Shown in pieces: positions 62,661-64,000 of a stretch of 64,000 bases of DNA (position 1 is the stretch's first letter; every line of letters begins with the position of its first letter). The notes under the pieces were generated by a model. It was not told the DNA's origin. It did not search any database and was given only the letters and a program-made list of their open reading frames with translations. The DNA is from Paramoeba atlantica. Taxonomy: Eukaryota > Protista > Discosea. The stretch spans positions 114,796 to 178,795 of the forward strand of contig CDRNVI010000184.1 of assembly GCA_977017575.1 (NCBI GenBank), read 5' to 3'. The position numbers and the translations under genes were made by a program.

Positions 62661-62757
62661 TTTCTCCTCTCTTTCTCTCTCAGCAATTCTCAAAAAAAAA
62701 CTGATTCATTTTTTCCAATAAATAAGTCGTTAAATAAATAGATATCTTTTATTTCTT

Positions 62758-63558
<801 letters not shown>

Positions 63559-64000
63559 TTATCCAAATTAAGAAAATAGGAAATGGACCAAAAATATAAA
63601 GAAAAAAAAATAAGCTTTATTTTTTTAGCGTTCCAAAACACATCCTTTTTTTTGTTGGTTTTTTTTTTTGTGAAGTGTGGAAGAAAAAGAGAGAGAGAGA
63701 GAGAAAGAGGAGAAGAGTGAACAAAAACAACACACAAAAGAGGAGAAGCGAGAAGGAGAAGAAAGAGAAAAACATTCTTTTTGGTGTCTTATCTCCCAAT
63801 GAGGATTCACGTGCATCTGTGTTTTCCATTTTTGAACCTTTTTCTTCAAAAAAAGAAGGTTTTTCTTTTGTTTCTTTTTTCTTCTTTTTTGTTTTTTGTT
63901 CCTTTTTTGTTCCTTTTTTGTTTTTTGTTTCCTTTTTTTTATTATTTTATCTTTTTGTTTTGTTTTTTGTTTTTCTTTTGGCTTTGAGGGGGTGGTTAAT

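Overview
AT-rich eukaryotic (protist-like) DNA that looks like heterochromatic or pericentromeric sequence; the organism was not identified. It contains two highly homogeneous arrays of one ~190-bp satellite (a 577-bp trimer at 1-4175 and a 381-bp dimer at ~35490-41955). Both arrays end in the same 8-bp microsatellite plus a conserved anchor, and an LTR retrotransposon follows each. The rest of the window is mostly decayed mobile DNA: a full-length chromodomain Ty3/gypsy, a gag-protease-2x-chromodomain deletion derivative, a gag-only element, Ty1/copia and other RT/RNase H relics, a Crypton-like tyrosine recombinase, a CACTA-type MITE and a foldback palindrome. These sit among rearranged duplicates of a host block (ADF/cofilin, PB1-like coiled-coil gene, one-repeat-per-exon LRR gene, 5S rRNA). 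Apparently intact host loci are one cofilin, a polyubiquitin whose last unit lacks the terminal RGG, two identical 5S rRNA genes and a tRNA-Arg. The strongest signals are: (1) CpG-targeted C-to-T decay of duplicated and mobile sequence, often leaving frames free of indels but full of TGA stops, with broader C:G-to-T:A erosion next to the satellites (RIP-like); (2) a recurrent ~50-bp palindrome family with compensatory arm changes; (3) a structured double hairpin shared by the 3' UTRs of a copia and a gypsy element. Most long K/E-rich or F/L-rich ORFs in the supplied track are low-complexity artefacts. All alignments and counts were done by eye.
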